Positions 8,718 through 20,275 of a DNA stretch of 64,000 bases are shown here, one piece after another. Origin of the DNA: Macrostomum lignano (lineage: Eukaryota); assembly GCA_002269645.1 (NCBI GenBank), contig NIVC01001833.1, positions 1-64,000 of the forward strand, written 5' to 3'. Made by a program: the position numbers and the translations under genes. Position 1 is the first letter of the stretch; each line of letters starts with the position of its first letter. The notes beneath the pieces are model-generated. The model did no database searches, had not been told where the DNA came from, and was given only the letters and a program-made list of their open reading frames with translations.

Positions 8718-8985
8718 AGTAGTATAGAAAAAGACGCTTCTAGATCAGACCTTATTTTAATGGCCGTTTGTAAGGTCTTAAGAGGGGGGACGCGAGGGGG
8801 GTGTTGGGGAGTGTTTGGAAGTGTTGGGAAGTGATTTTTATTGTTAGGGGTGATTATGGGTGATTAGATGTGTTAAGGGTGTTTAGATGTGTTTTTTTAT
8901 TTACCCCCCGTGTCCCCCCTCTAGACCCTTAAAACGGTCATTAAAAAAGTGCTCTGGGTCTAGAAGCGTCTTTTTATATACTACT
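8718..8985. repeat. terminal imperfect foldback of the Polinton end (~83-bp arms around a C-free loop)
   Basis: 8718-8801 pairs with 8904-8985. The outer 27 nt match 26/27 (AGTAGTATA[G/T]AAAAAGACGCTTCTAGA). There is no C in 8794-8903. Confidence 0.9.
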
Positions 8986-9594
8986 GGCTTCAATTTTGTA
9001 AACCTTCTCAGTTTCACTATCGTGTTGTAGATATTCTGGCTTCATGTGCAGCTGGTTTTTGCGAAACATTAGTTCTAGATTTTTCAGAATCGAAATGTAG
9101 CGAAAATGGCCTTTTCCCATGGGCTCCAATTTTTCCGTTGGATCGCCAGCATTGATGACGGCCTCAATAGAGTTGACAGACTTCGGCGCAGGCAAGCCTA
9201 TGTCTCTTAGACCATCAACAAGGAATTTTTTAGATCCACGACTTAGGTTGAAACAAGAAAAGTAGACTACCAGCAAGGCGAATATTTTATCTTCTAAAGA
9301 GCGGTCATCCTCTTTCTTGTCAATCTCCTCATCTTCATCGCTGCAAACTCGCGCGAACTCGTCAAAATCAGGATAGCTGCCATTGTCGTTGTCAAGATCT
9401 GGATCCGTACCTTCATTGACTTCTGCTACAGAGGACTCCGAAGCGATGAAACCGGCGACTCTCCCAGAATCATCTGCTTCGAATACTTTTCTTTTTTTCT
9501 CTTGCAGTGCGATGTCTTCCAAAGCTTCTTGTTCTCCTTCCATGAACAAGCCCAGCAAATCCTTATTTGCTTGTCGCCTCAATTGCCTTGTCAT
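8986..9594 (-). pseudogene. 5' part of an EnSpm/CACTA-like transposase, truncated by the Polinton insertion
   Basis: LVDGLRDIGLPAPKSVNSIE...LEPMGKGHFRYISILKNL resembles the L..L....LPK..RTLL.....GG.Y.HFG region of animal EnSpm-like transposases. The ORF runs EA into AGT AGT ATA TAA, so its stop is supplied by the Polinton terminus. Confidence 0.55.
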
Positions 9595-9958
9595 TGTTTT
9601 CGTCCGAATCAGACTTTGATGATAGTTGACTGTTGTAATAATAATAAAGTAATTACTACGATTGCTTATTTCGTATTAAAAAAAGGATATGAACAAAAGC
9701 TGGGAAGAATTGAAAACTATTCCTTTGGGGGTTTGTGCGCGCTGATTGGACAGGTATGGATGCGGGGACGGTAGGGCCAATGAAATTGGAAAAGCCAGGG
9801 CGGCCTTTTTCATTCGAAGAACTATAGAAGACAATTGCTTCTAGAAGCAACCTAAACCACTGAATCATTAAATAAGCATAAACTATAGTGTGAGCTCCAA
9901 ACTCTTGCTTTATTTGGTACTCAGTTTTGCACTAGCATAGTCTAGTCTGCATGCTACA

Positions 9959-12920
9959 ATGAAGTTTTTAGTGATCTTTAAAGACGACCGTCAAATTGTT
10001 GAGGTCTCGGAAAGCGAAGTGAAGCTTCCTGAAGGCTTTCAAAACCTTAAGGAAGAGGAATGGTTAGAAAAGAGGGACTCCACTGAGAAGTGGAAGTGTG
10101 AAGCCTTGTATGAAGGCTGTTTTTACTCTGCTCTAATTATTCAGGTAAGCAACCGATCCCAACGATTGAAATGTTAAAATTCTTGAATCGATCTAATATT
10201 TGTACGCTCATATTTTCTCATTAATTTAAAGGTAATACTAAGCAACAACCTAGAGCCTGGGAGCTTCCGCTTTGTGCGTGAATTGGTGGCCAAAAAGACC
10301 CGACTGAACCGAATTCTCGAGTTGGTTCAACCCAGAGTCTTTCAGGAGCGTGACATGAAGAAAGCACGAAGGCATTACCAGACTAAGGTAAAATTAAGCA
10401 CAGCCCATATAATTTTTATCGAGAACTTTGTTTTCTCCGTTTTACCTTTTAAACTATTTTTTAAGAAAAGGGAAGAAATTAAATGTGAAAATAATCTTTA
10501 AAACTGACATTAACTTGATAATTTCTCATGCCGTAACCATCCCAAACAGAATCTGTCAGACGGCTCAGCCACCGATTCCGAGGCAATCTTCGAAGATAAG
10601 AGCAGCCGCTGTTTGCAACCTCCAGCTTTGCTGCCTAAACAACATCCGCCTACGATTGCACAGTTAGCGCCAATGCCTCCTATTAGTGATGATGAAGCAG
10701 AAGCTGGCGTAGACGCCGATATGGAAGCTGAGGCGGAAGCTGAGGCGGAAGCTGAAGTGGAAGCTGAGGCGGAAGCTGAAGTGGAAGCTGAGGCGGAAGC
10801 TGAAGCGGAAGATGAGGTGGAAGCTGAGATCGGAGCTGAGGTGGAAGCTGAGATGGGAGCTGAGGCGGAAGCTGAGGCGGAAGCTGAGGTGGAAGCTGAG
10901 ATGGGAGCTGAGGTGGAAGCTGAGGCGGAAGCTGAAATAGAAGCTGAGTTCGTAGCAGATGATCGATCGACGATTCCTAAGTCGCCTCCCACCATTTCAT
11001 CTTTTAATTTTGGTTCTGGCTTTCTTAGAAAACTAGAAGAGCAGATCCAAGCCGGTGTTAGCTTTGAGCTGGAAAGTCCAAGAGGCATCAAGTTTCTGTC
11101 CTTATATGCCCTACGCGAACTTACTATGCGCAAGAATGAATTGAAAGCATTAGAAAATAGTTTGACCAAACAAATCACCGCAATGCGCACTGAAGTGCAG
11201 AGCGTGCTACGCTTTTTGGAACCTGTTGGCGCTGACATTCCAACTGATAATTCTGAGCCTTCATTCTGGCCGATCAACTCCTGGGAAAAATATGTGCAAT
11301 TCGCTTCCAGTCCAAATGAACATATTTCTACTTTGGTAAGTTCATGACAGAGTTTTTTATTTTCTTTTCATTAGAAGAAATGCTCTAACTACTACTCAAA
11401 GCGCACTAGTACTATCACTGAAATAATAATCTATAAGTATTCTCACCTGTAAAAATCTAAACAGAAGAGCCTGCTACGTTCATGCAAGCGAGACAAGTGG
11501 TCCGATGCTTTAATGGCAATGCTTAACGAGAGCTTGTCGAAAGAGATGCAGGCGGTTATTAATTTAATCGGGTCAGACATGCGAAGCCGAGCTGTTGCTG
11601 CTGGAGTTGCGACCAACCTTACTGATGCGCAGCTTGGATTTCAGAGCACTCTGCTCAGCCATTTCCAAAGTAAGTCTACTTAATCAACGTTCAATGAGAC
11701 TTTTAGAGCTAAATATCAAGAAATTAGTCGAGCACAGTGCATGCTATTCATAGTAACTTTCAACTTTTTTCCTAACAGAAGCAATCACATTCATCTATGG
11801 CGCGACCGCTGAAGCCGGCAGGCCCTCTGAACAATCTGTAAGAAATACTTGCAGACAGCAGCTAAAGCATGGCGGTGACCGATTAAAGGGGCGGTCGCAT
11901 CGCACAGGAAGCCAGCTGCTTTCCGGAGTCCAGACTCAAAGCCCCGCTTCTGACAGCGCCGTACAAAGACAGTCTCTGGTGGCAGCGACTCCAAGCCCCG
12001 CTTCTGGCAGCGCCGTACAAAGACAGTCTCTGGTGGCAGCGACTCAAAGTCCCGCTTCTGGCAGCGCCGTACAAAGACAGTCTCTGGTGGCAGCGACTCC
12101 AAGCCCCGCTTCTGGCAGCGCCGTACAAAGACAGTCTCTGGTGGCAGCGACTCAAAGTCCCGCTTCTGGCAGCGCCGTACAAAGACAGTCTCTGGTGGCA
12201 GCGACTCCAAGCCCCGCTTCTGGCAGCGCCGTACAAAGACAGTCTCTGGTGGCAGCGACTCCAAGCCCCGCTTCTGGCAGCGCCGTACAAAGACAGTCTC
12301 TGGTGGCAGCGACTCCAAGCCCCGCTTCTGGCAGCGCCGTGCAAAGACGGTCTTTGGTGGCAGCGACTCAAAGTCCCGCTTCTGGCAGCGCTGTGCAAAG
12401 ACAGTCTCTGGTGGCAGCGACTCCAAGCCCCGCTTCTGGCAGCGCCGTGCAAAGACGGTCTTTGGTGGCAGCGACTCAAAGTCCCGCTTCTGGCAGCGCC
12501 GTGCAAAGACACAGCCATTCATCTTCTTTTTCCCTAGTGAGTAAAAACGTATCTAAACTGAATAATGAACGATGAATACTATGATTGCTAAGCATTAAAT
12601 ACTACTATCAGTAAGATAAAATGTGCATGCAGTAATTTTTTGTTTTCTTTCCAATGTCACAGACACCATCGCGACTATCAGCGGGAGAAGTGCCGCCAGC
12701 GGCGACAGCAAAGCCGAGCTCCCAATCCAGAAAGCGAGCGAGTATTCAGTTGGATTCTCAGCCTCGAAAGCGGAACAACCATCGCCCCCGTTCAGCAAAG
12801 TCAAAAACCAACTACCGCACTGACTGCTCTCTCGAATCTGATGACGAAACCGAATCAAGTGGATCAAACTGGTCCGAAGATCAGCGAGAGCTGGATGATG
12901 GACAATTTAAAATCTTCTAA
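9959..12920 (+). CDS. 6-exon transposon accessory gene, DUF4806-like, ~782 aa
   Basis: Exons 9959-10144, 10232-10387, 10550-11335, 11465-11669, 11779-12536 and 12663-12920. All are GT-AG, phase-compatible and open (2349 nt). Contains a coiled coil, [10 protein letters not shown] and [13 protein letters not shown] (cf. WL.HA.DR of DUF4806). Confidence 0.6.
11944..12510 (+). repeat. coding 54-bp tandem repeat (~10 copies; [18 protein letters not shown])
   Basis: 18-aa period, in frame with exon 5 of the DUF4806-like gene. Confidence 0.9.
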
Positions 12921-13923
12921 TTATGAGAGCACGTATTTTACGAGTAAATGCTGTCAAAATGATTTTAAAACTGACATTCTTTCAACACCTTTGTTGCCAA
13001 AAACTTAACTATTTTTCGTTCTAATATTGTGTTTTAATATCAGTTCCATTTAACTTCGCTAAATAAATTCAAATTTCATTACATTTAAGTTTCTTATTCG
13101 ATTTCATTCATAGACTCAAACTAATTTTCTAAAGAACTGCAAAAAAATTTACAAAAGGCAAACTTCGTAAGCAGGTAGCAGCAAGGTTGTTTAAATTTAT
13201 AATGGAAGAGACAATTGCTTAAAAAAATCAGATAGCTCTGAAAATTATTTGGAAATAAATTCAATTTTGAAACAACCAGAAAGCTAGGCTGCTGCCAGAG
13301 CAAAATATATCAATAAAAGCCCTGCATACTACTGTTAGTAGAGTAAACCAATTCTTGCCTTAATTTATTGGGCAGTCCACCGGGCGGCGGGTATAAGGCC
13401 GGCGCCCCGACTGGACAAAGAGTGCGCCCCGCTACCGGCCACAGGCCACCGGGCGCCGCGGTCTGCGCACCCTTGGGCGTACCAGAATTTCCCACTGGGA
13501 TACTAAAAAACTATGCAAACTATTTAGGCTATAGAAACTACCAATATCACAAAACGTTACAGAGATATATCTCAAAAAGCTGTATAGCAATATAATTTTC
13601 CATTTTCTATCAGTAAAGAAATTAAAAGTCAAATAAAATACCAATATCATTACCTTATTGGCTTAGCTTTTACATTGCCAAGCCTCTGAGTCATAGAATT
13701 TGCTGAAGTGTGTAGACTATGTTTTGAGTTTGTAAAATAATTGAAATATCAATTGAAACCAAAAGTACAAAAAGTGTAGAACTTAAATTAAATTACATCT
13801 AGGTAAGAAAAAAACAGGGTGCCAATTTGGCATATGGGTCCAAATCCAGAATACCAAATTAAAGTAAACATTTCATGATATGCACTATTAAGCCTATTTC
13901 TTCTTAAACTACCTTAATCACAG

Positions 13924-14188
13924 GACATAGAAGTTTTACGAATGTCCAATGATGAAATCGTTCGGCGAACTCGTCTCCTTGACAATGAGATTCGAATTAT
14001 TCGATCAGAATTGACCAGAGTGAATCATGAGACCAGCATGCAAAAGGAGAAGATCAAAGAAAATGCTGAAAAGATAAAAGTCAACAAGCAGCTACCTTAT
14101 CTGATTTCAAATGTTATCGAACTGTTAGACATTGATCCAGAGGGCGAGGATGAGGGAGCCAATGTGGATCTTGACTCGCAGCGCAAAG
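13924..14188 (+). pseudogene. PSMC3: isolated exon of 26S proteasome regulatory subunit 6A (Rpt5)
   Basis: [20 protein letters not shown]...[18 protein letters not shown]...[12 protein letters not shown] closely matches the PSMC3 N-terminus. It has an AG acceptor at 13922-13923 and a GT donor at 14189. No other PSMC3 exons were found in the window. Confidence 0.8.
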
Positions 14189-14379
14189 GTTAGTTTTTGT
14201 TTCAACTTTGCAGATTGTTCTCACATATGTAAATCCCGTCCACTATTCCCAGAATCCAATGGTTAATACTTAGAATCCTGATACCTATTCTTAGAATCCT
14301 GATACCTATTCTTAGAATCTCGATATCTATTCTTAGAATCCTGATACCTATTCTTAGAATCTCGATATCTACACATCTG

Positions 14380-14790
14380 TTAGACTTTATCTGTTAGACG
14401 TCTGTTAGACAGCTGTTAGACATACTGTTAGACGTCTGTTAGACAGCTGTTACAAATTTGTTTGTCTTTATCTGTTAGACGTCTGTTAAACATCTGTTAG
14501 ACATCTGTTAGACATCTGTCAGACATCTGTTAGACAGCTGTTACGAATTTGTTAGACTTTATCTGTTAGACATCTGTTAGACAGCTGTCACACATCTGTT
14601 AGACATATGTTAAATATCTGTTAGACACCTGTTAGACACCTGTTAGACAGCTGTTACACATCTGTTAGACACATCTGTTTGACATCTGTTATATATCTTT
14701 TAGAGATCTGTTAAAGACCTGTTAGACATCTGTTATACATCTGTTAGATGTCTGTTAGAGATCTATTAGACATCTATTAGACATTATTCA
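14380..14790. repeat. ~11-bp minisatellite (CATCTGTTAGA)
   Basis: Direct reading; the same family recurs at 16120-16875. Confidence 0.9.
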
Positions 14791-15309
14791 TGCATCCACT
14801 CAGATACATGTTAGACAAACAGAGGTTATGAGAAGTTTAGCAAAACACATGAAGCAATTCTGATGTGACTGAACACTGAATATCAGGAATTTAGGCTTCA
14901 GTGAAGAGTAAAAGAGACAGCTAGGTCGAGGCCAGGGCTAGCGGAGGCTGGGGTACAGATGAAGAGGAAAAGCGGTCGCGAGCCCCTGTGCACCAGCAGT
15001 CGATGCAGCTTTAGGGACCCATCACTGGAGCCCATCAGGAGGCTGGGAGTCTGTGGGCGATGAAGAATGATGATAATCCAGATCTGCAGCGTTTGGGGGG
15101 GGGAAGAGAGGGGAGGCAGCCAGAGTTATAAATGTGGGACCAGATGCACACACAGGGTAGGACAGGACAATATCTCAGCTGCATCGGCAACACAGTTGGA
15201 GAGAGAAAGTTTTATTCTGAACTGCACTTTTAATACTGGCAACAGCGGCCTGCAGACTGCTGCGTTGCAGCACATTTGGCTGTAGGGTGAGTTTGTTAAA
15301 CCAGTGAGA

Positions 15310-15740
15310 TTCAGTGAGTGAATGGCACAAAAAGTGAGTGAATGGCACAAAAAGTGAGTGAATGGCAGACAAAGTGAGTGAATGGCTCATTGTGAATGAA
15401 TGGCACAAAAAGTGAGTGAATGACACAAATAGTGAGTGAATGACACAAATTGAGAGTGAATGACACAAAAAGTGAGTGAATGGCACAAATTGTGAGTGAA
15501 TGACACAAATAGTGAGTGAATGACACAAATAGTGAGTGAATGACACAAATAGTGAGTGAATGACACAAATAGTGAGTGAATGACACAAATAGTGAGTGAA
15601 TGACACAAATAGTGAGTGAATGACACAAATAGTGAGTGAATGACACAAATAGTGAGTGAATGACACAAATAGTGAGTGAATGACACAAATAGTGAGTGAA
15701 TGGCACAAATTTTAAGTGAATGGCACAAATTTTGAGTGAT
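15310..15740. repeat. 20-bp minisatellite (GTGAGTGAATGACACAAATA)
   Basis: Direct reading. Confidence 0.9.
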
Positions 15741-16119
15741 TGTAACCGAATGACACTGAGAGTGAATCAATAAATGGTAAATGGCAAAGTACAGTAATAG
15801 TAACTTTAAAAGAAATTTTTATGGATTTCGTCATGACTTACTTGAGTTCATGTTGGCTGTGATTACATAATTATCCAATAATGTGAGTGGATTTGCATAG
15901 CTTTGCATTAATTATCTTTATGAAAAGCCATTGGCAGGAGAATTACGTGAAATGCATTCGTAATGAGGTCATCAGGGGTTAACCCAGAGGGTCTGTGCCT
16001 GCTGCAACTCGACACTAGGTGGGACTGAACCTAAAATGTGATGCAGTTCTGCTTGGCAACCGCTTGTGTCTGAAGGAAAAGAAAATTTTTATCGGAGAAA
16101 TGTGTGTTTCTGTCAACTA

Positions 16120-16875
16120 TATTTGTTAGATATCTGTTAGATATCTGTTAGATATCTGTAAGACATCTGTTAGATATCTGTTAGATATCTGTAAGACATC
16201 TGTTAGATATCTGTTAGACATCTGTTATATATCCGTTATACATCTGTTAGATATCTGTTAGATATCTGTTAGATATCTTTTAGATATCTGTTAGTCATCT
16301 ATTAGACAGCTGTTAGATATTTGTTTAGACATCTGTTAGATATCTGTAAGACATCTGTTATATATCTGTTAGATATCTGTTAGATATCTGCTTGAAATAT
16401 GTTAAACATGTGTTAGGTACCTTAGACAAGTGTTAGTCATCTGTTAGACAGCTGTTAGATATTTGTTTAGACATCTGTTAGATATCTGTAAGACATCTGT
16501 TATATATCTGTTAGATATCTGTTAGATATCTGCTTGAAATATTTTGAACATGTGTTAGGTACCTTAGACAAGTGTTAGTCATCTGTTAGACAGCTGTTAG
16601 ATATTTGTTTAGACATCTGTTAGATATCTGTAAGACATCTGTTATATATCTGTTAGATATCTGTTAGATATCTGCTTGAAATATGTTAAACATGTTTTAG
16701 GTACCTTAGACAAGTGTTAGTCATCTGTTAGACAGCTGTTAGATATTTGTTTAGACATCTTTTAGATATCTGTAAGACATCTGTTATATATCTGTTATAT
16801 ATCTGTTAGATATCTGCTTGAAATATGTTAAACATGTGTTAGGTACCTTTAGACAAGTGTTAGTCATCTGTTAGA
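16120..16875. repeat. 11-bp minisatellite with a 142-bp higher-order repeat (~4 copies)
   Basis: The marker ATTTGTTTAG recurs at 16319, 16461 and 16603. Confidence 0.85.
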
Positions 16876-17239
16876 CAGCTGTACGGCGCAGTTCTGTCAG
16901 CAGGGGCAAAGTTTGATGTACATTAGATGAGCACCATGCACTGTGCGTAATCATGCAATTATTTAGCGAGCTGGCAATGCAAGAGAAGCTCATATAAAGC
17001 AAACCAATTTCTTGTGTTGGAATTGCAAACGATTGCCAACAAGACCGAGAAACACACTTTATAAGCACTCTGTGAACTGCACCTCTCTATTCACTTTTCT
17101 TTCACATTTCCTCTTGACACTTTCCTTAGACGACTCGAGTGCAAACACTGTTCGGATTCGGCTATGAGAGCGGAGAGAGGGCTGCACCGAAAAAGAACTT
17201 GTGCCAAAAGTTTAGGTGCAGGGTAGGCCAACTCTTTTG

Positions 17240-17770
17240 GGGAATTCTGTGATTCCATGGCTCTCATAGAGGGGAATTCTGAGATGCCATGGCTCATAGA
17301 GGGGAATTCTGAGATGCCATGGCTCATAGAGGCAAGCTCTAAGATGCCATGGCTCAAGAGCTAGGGAATTCTGAGATGCCAAGGCTCACGGAGGGGACTT
17401 CTGAGATGCCAAGGCTCACGGAGGGGACTTCTGAGATGCCAAGGCTCACTGAGGGGAGTTCTGAGATGCGATGGCTCATAGAGGGGAATTATGAGATGCT
17501 ATGGCTCTTAGAGGGGAATTATGAGATGCCATGGCTCAAAGAGGGGAATTCTGAGATGCCATGGCTCAAAGAGGGGAATTCTGAGATGCCAAGGCTCACA
17601 AAGGGGAATTCTAAGATGCCAGGGCTCACCGAGAGGAATTCTGACATTCCATGGCTCACGAAGGGGTATTCTGAGATGCTATGGCTCAAAGAGGGGAATT
17701 CTGAGATGACATGGCTCAAAGAGGGGAATTCTGAGATGCCAATGCTCACAAGGGGAATTCTGAGACGCTA
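17240..17770. repeat. 30-bp minisatellite (GAGGGGAATTCTGAGATGCCATGGCTCATA)
   Basis: Direct reading; contains GAATTC and GCCATGGC palindromes. Confidence 0.9.
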
Positions 17771-18837
17771 TGACCTCACGATAGGTCAGTCTATCAAGTC
17801 GTTGTATTGTGTCACCTATCAATCAATCATTAAACTCCCGAACGTCTATTTTGTGCCCAATTTATTGGCATCCTGTCGATTCTCACGAAAGCCTAAAAGC
17901 AAAAAAATAACCCTCAGTTTGTGTCTCATGCAAGCAAGCTTGTGCTCAAAGTCAGCACCAACCAGATATGGTCTACCGCAGAGACCAGAGCATTTTGAGT
18001 TAACGAATGAATGAGAACTCTCTCTCCCAGCCCTTACCCTTAAATTTATTATTTTTATGGCGACATAGGGCTGAGTGGACGGCTATATGGAAGTGAGAAT
18101 TTTTATTGCAAGAGTAGCAACAGAGAGAGAGAGAGAGAGAGAAAGGCAGGAGAAAGGGAAAGGGCAGGGTGTGGCGCCTGAGTTCTGGGGGTGACTCACA
18201 ACACACGCACAGTTAGTTGCCGTTGCTATACGCAGGCTAAGAGAGCGGCCTACGGCCTAATTTCTGTGCATTATAGAGAGGCCCGAGAAACTTGAATGCA
18301 TTTAACAATGCTCCGTGCTCAGATGCATACAGGGAAGCAGAATCCAAGCAGGTCTTGTGGTGGTTGGTTGAAGAACAAGTCTCTATACTTCTAACTGCAT
18401 GTACGTACGCTGTGGGATGGACAATCCTGCCCAGGCATTGCCGACCTCCTCTGTCTTTCATAGCTACTCTCTACCCTCTTCTCTCCCTCTCCTTTCTCTT
18501 ATGAAGACCTTGCCAACAAGCAGTGTATATTATAAGGCACACAGAATTTACCTATTAGAGACTTTATTGACTGTACTTAACCCCGTCCCATGCTGCCAAA
18601 GCCCCTGCCAATCAGCATGTAAGAGACGGACAGGACAGACAATAACTGGCACAGGAAAGAAGGGCCGAGCGGAGACGCAAAGCATACAAAGATCCCTATT
18701 GTCAATCGCTCTCGCCGTTTCGCCGTTCGGTCAAAAGAAACCCGCAGACACAACAAAAACTTACTTCGTTATTGCACTATAATTCCAGTGTCGGAAACGC
18801 AAATAAATGATCGGCAGCTAACTGATCTCAATTGACG

Positions 18838-20275
18838 ATGATGCAACCAATGATGTCGCCTCCGAGTGCAGCTGGTCAGGCGTGTCCCAGGATCAAATGC
18901 GTAGTCGTCGGAGACGGCGGCGCCGGCAAGACATGCCTACTGTCAACTTACTCCAGAGGAGTTTTTCCCACCGACTACGTCCCCACAGTGTTTGATAACT
19001 ACGACACAGTGGCTAGAGTTGATGGAGTTCCTGTGCAGCTGGGACTCTGGGACACGGCCGGCCAGGAGGACTATGACAAGCTGAGGCCGCTGTCCTATCC
19101 GCAGACAGACGTGTTCATCGTCTGTTTCAGCATCGGCAACAGGACCTCATTCAGCAATGTGGCAGACAAATGGCAACCGGAGTTGCAGAGCCACTCGCCA
19201 GGGACTCCGATTCTGCTGGTTGGTACTAAGTGCGATCTGAGAGACGATCCCGACTTTGCCAATCACCTGCGACTGCACAACCAGCGGGCGGTCACCAAGC
19301 AGGAGGCCAATGCAGTGGCCACCTCTGTTGGAGCAATAAAGTACACCGAGTGCTCAGCTCTGAGAGGGGTCAACATCGACCAGGTGAGAGACGTCGGACC
19401 GACGTTGAGATGGAGAGCATCTTTAGGGGTGTCGTCTTATTTGAGTGGGCTCCATTTCGTCTGTGGGGGCGCCATTTTATTTGAGGGGGCGCCATTTCAT
19501 TTATGAGGGCGCCACTTCATTTCAGGAAGGGGCGCCATTTCATTTGAGGGGGCGCCATTTCATTTGAGGATGCGCCGTTTCATTTGAGGGAGGCGCCATT
19601 TTATTTGAAGGGTGCCATTTCATTTGAGGGGCGCCATTTCATTTGAGGGGGCGCCATTTTATTTGAGAGGCTGCCATTTCATTTGAGGGGGCTCCATTTC
19701 ATTTGAGGGGGCGCCATTCTATTTGAGAGGCTGCCATTTCATTTGAGGGGGCTCCATTTCATTTGAGGTGGGGCGCCATTTCATTTGAGGGGGGCGCCAT
19801 TTCATTTGAGGGAGTCGCCATTTTATTTGAGGGAGGCGCCATTTCATTTGAGGGAGGCGCCATTTCATTTGAGGGGTGCTCCATTTCATTTGAGGGGCGC
19901 CATTTCATTTGAGGGGTGCTCCATTTCATTTGAGGGAGGCGCCATTTCATTTAAGGGAGGTGCCATTTCATTTAAAGGAGGCGCCATTTTATTTTAATAC
20001 ATGTAGCCAGCCTAGGTACAATGCAACTACTGTAAAGGGAGCGCCAGATGACTGAGTCATACGTGTGCATTGTACATTGATTACAGAGGCGTTCCTACTA
20101 CGAATAAAAAAAACAATAAAAACTTAGCTCGATCCTGTCATAAAAATCACAGGTATTCGACGATGCAATTCGATGCGTCCTGTGGCCCGAGCTGTTCCCA
20201 GTTGCCAGGCAAGGCAAGAGAGGCAAAGGATCAAAGAAAAGTTCAAGCAAGAAAAAGTCGTGCTCGATTCAGTGA
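18838..20275 (+). CDS. Rho-family small GTPase (Rac/Cdc42/Mig-2-like), 2 exons, 222 aa
   Basis: GDGGAGKT, YVPTVFDNY, WDTAGQEDY, TKCD and ECSA motifs. Exon 1 is 18838-19383 (GT at 19384). Exon 2 is 20153-20275, encoding VFDDAIRCVL...KKKSCSIQ (polybasic region plus CAAX). Confidence 0.92.
19480..19990. repeat. ~20-22-bp minisatellite (GGCGCCATTTCATTTGAGGG) in the GTPase intron
   Basis: Direct reading. Confidence 0.9.

Larger units (their letters stand above)
1..8985. mobile_element. Polinton/Maverick (adintovirus-like) endogenous viral element, right-hand portion; the left part lies before the window
   Basis: AT-rich, intronless, densely packed ORFs including pPolB and pX/pVI-like proteins. 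Ends in ...TATATACTACT (reads AGTAGTATA inward), matching the AG...CT / AGTAGT termini of Polintons. Abrupt compositional change after 8985. Integrase, MCP, penton, ATPase and protease are not seen in the window. Confidence 0.9.
8986..13499. mobile_element. EnSpm/CACTA-like DNA transposon (right part), interrupted by the Polinton
   Basis: Divergent transposase-like and DUF4806-like genes. A GC-rich subterminal block at 13370-13499 ends in CCCACTGGG (reads CCCAGTGGG inward), like the CCCAG termini of animal EnSpm-type elements. The other TIR is not in the window. Confidence 0.55.

Noticed and set aside
8840-8880. Telomeric repeat tract
   Set aside because: Only isolated TTAGGG-like words, not a tandem telomere array.
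8718-8985. Independent 268-bp mini-Polinton/MITE with AGTAGT ends
   Set aside because: No matching 6-bp TSD on the two sides; better explained as a foldback within the large element's end.
10510-12522. Minus-strand ORFs 10510-11277, 11791-12522 and 11883-12518
   Set aside because: Antisense shadows of the repeat-rich plus-strand exons.
14850-18600. Possible minus-strand host gene divergent from the GTPase (coding-like patches at 18240-18420, 16870-17240, 15840-16040 and 14850-15290)
   Set aside because: I could not build a phase-consistent model or recognise any domain; RNA-seq is needed.
19384-19506. C-terminus of the 224-aa GTPase ORF (VRDVGPTLRW...)
   Set aside because: Read-through into an intron; the true end is the exon at 20153-20275 with the CAAX box.
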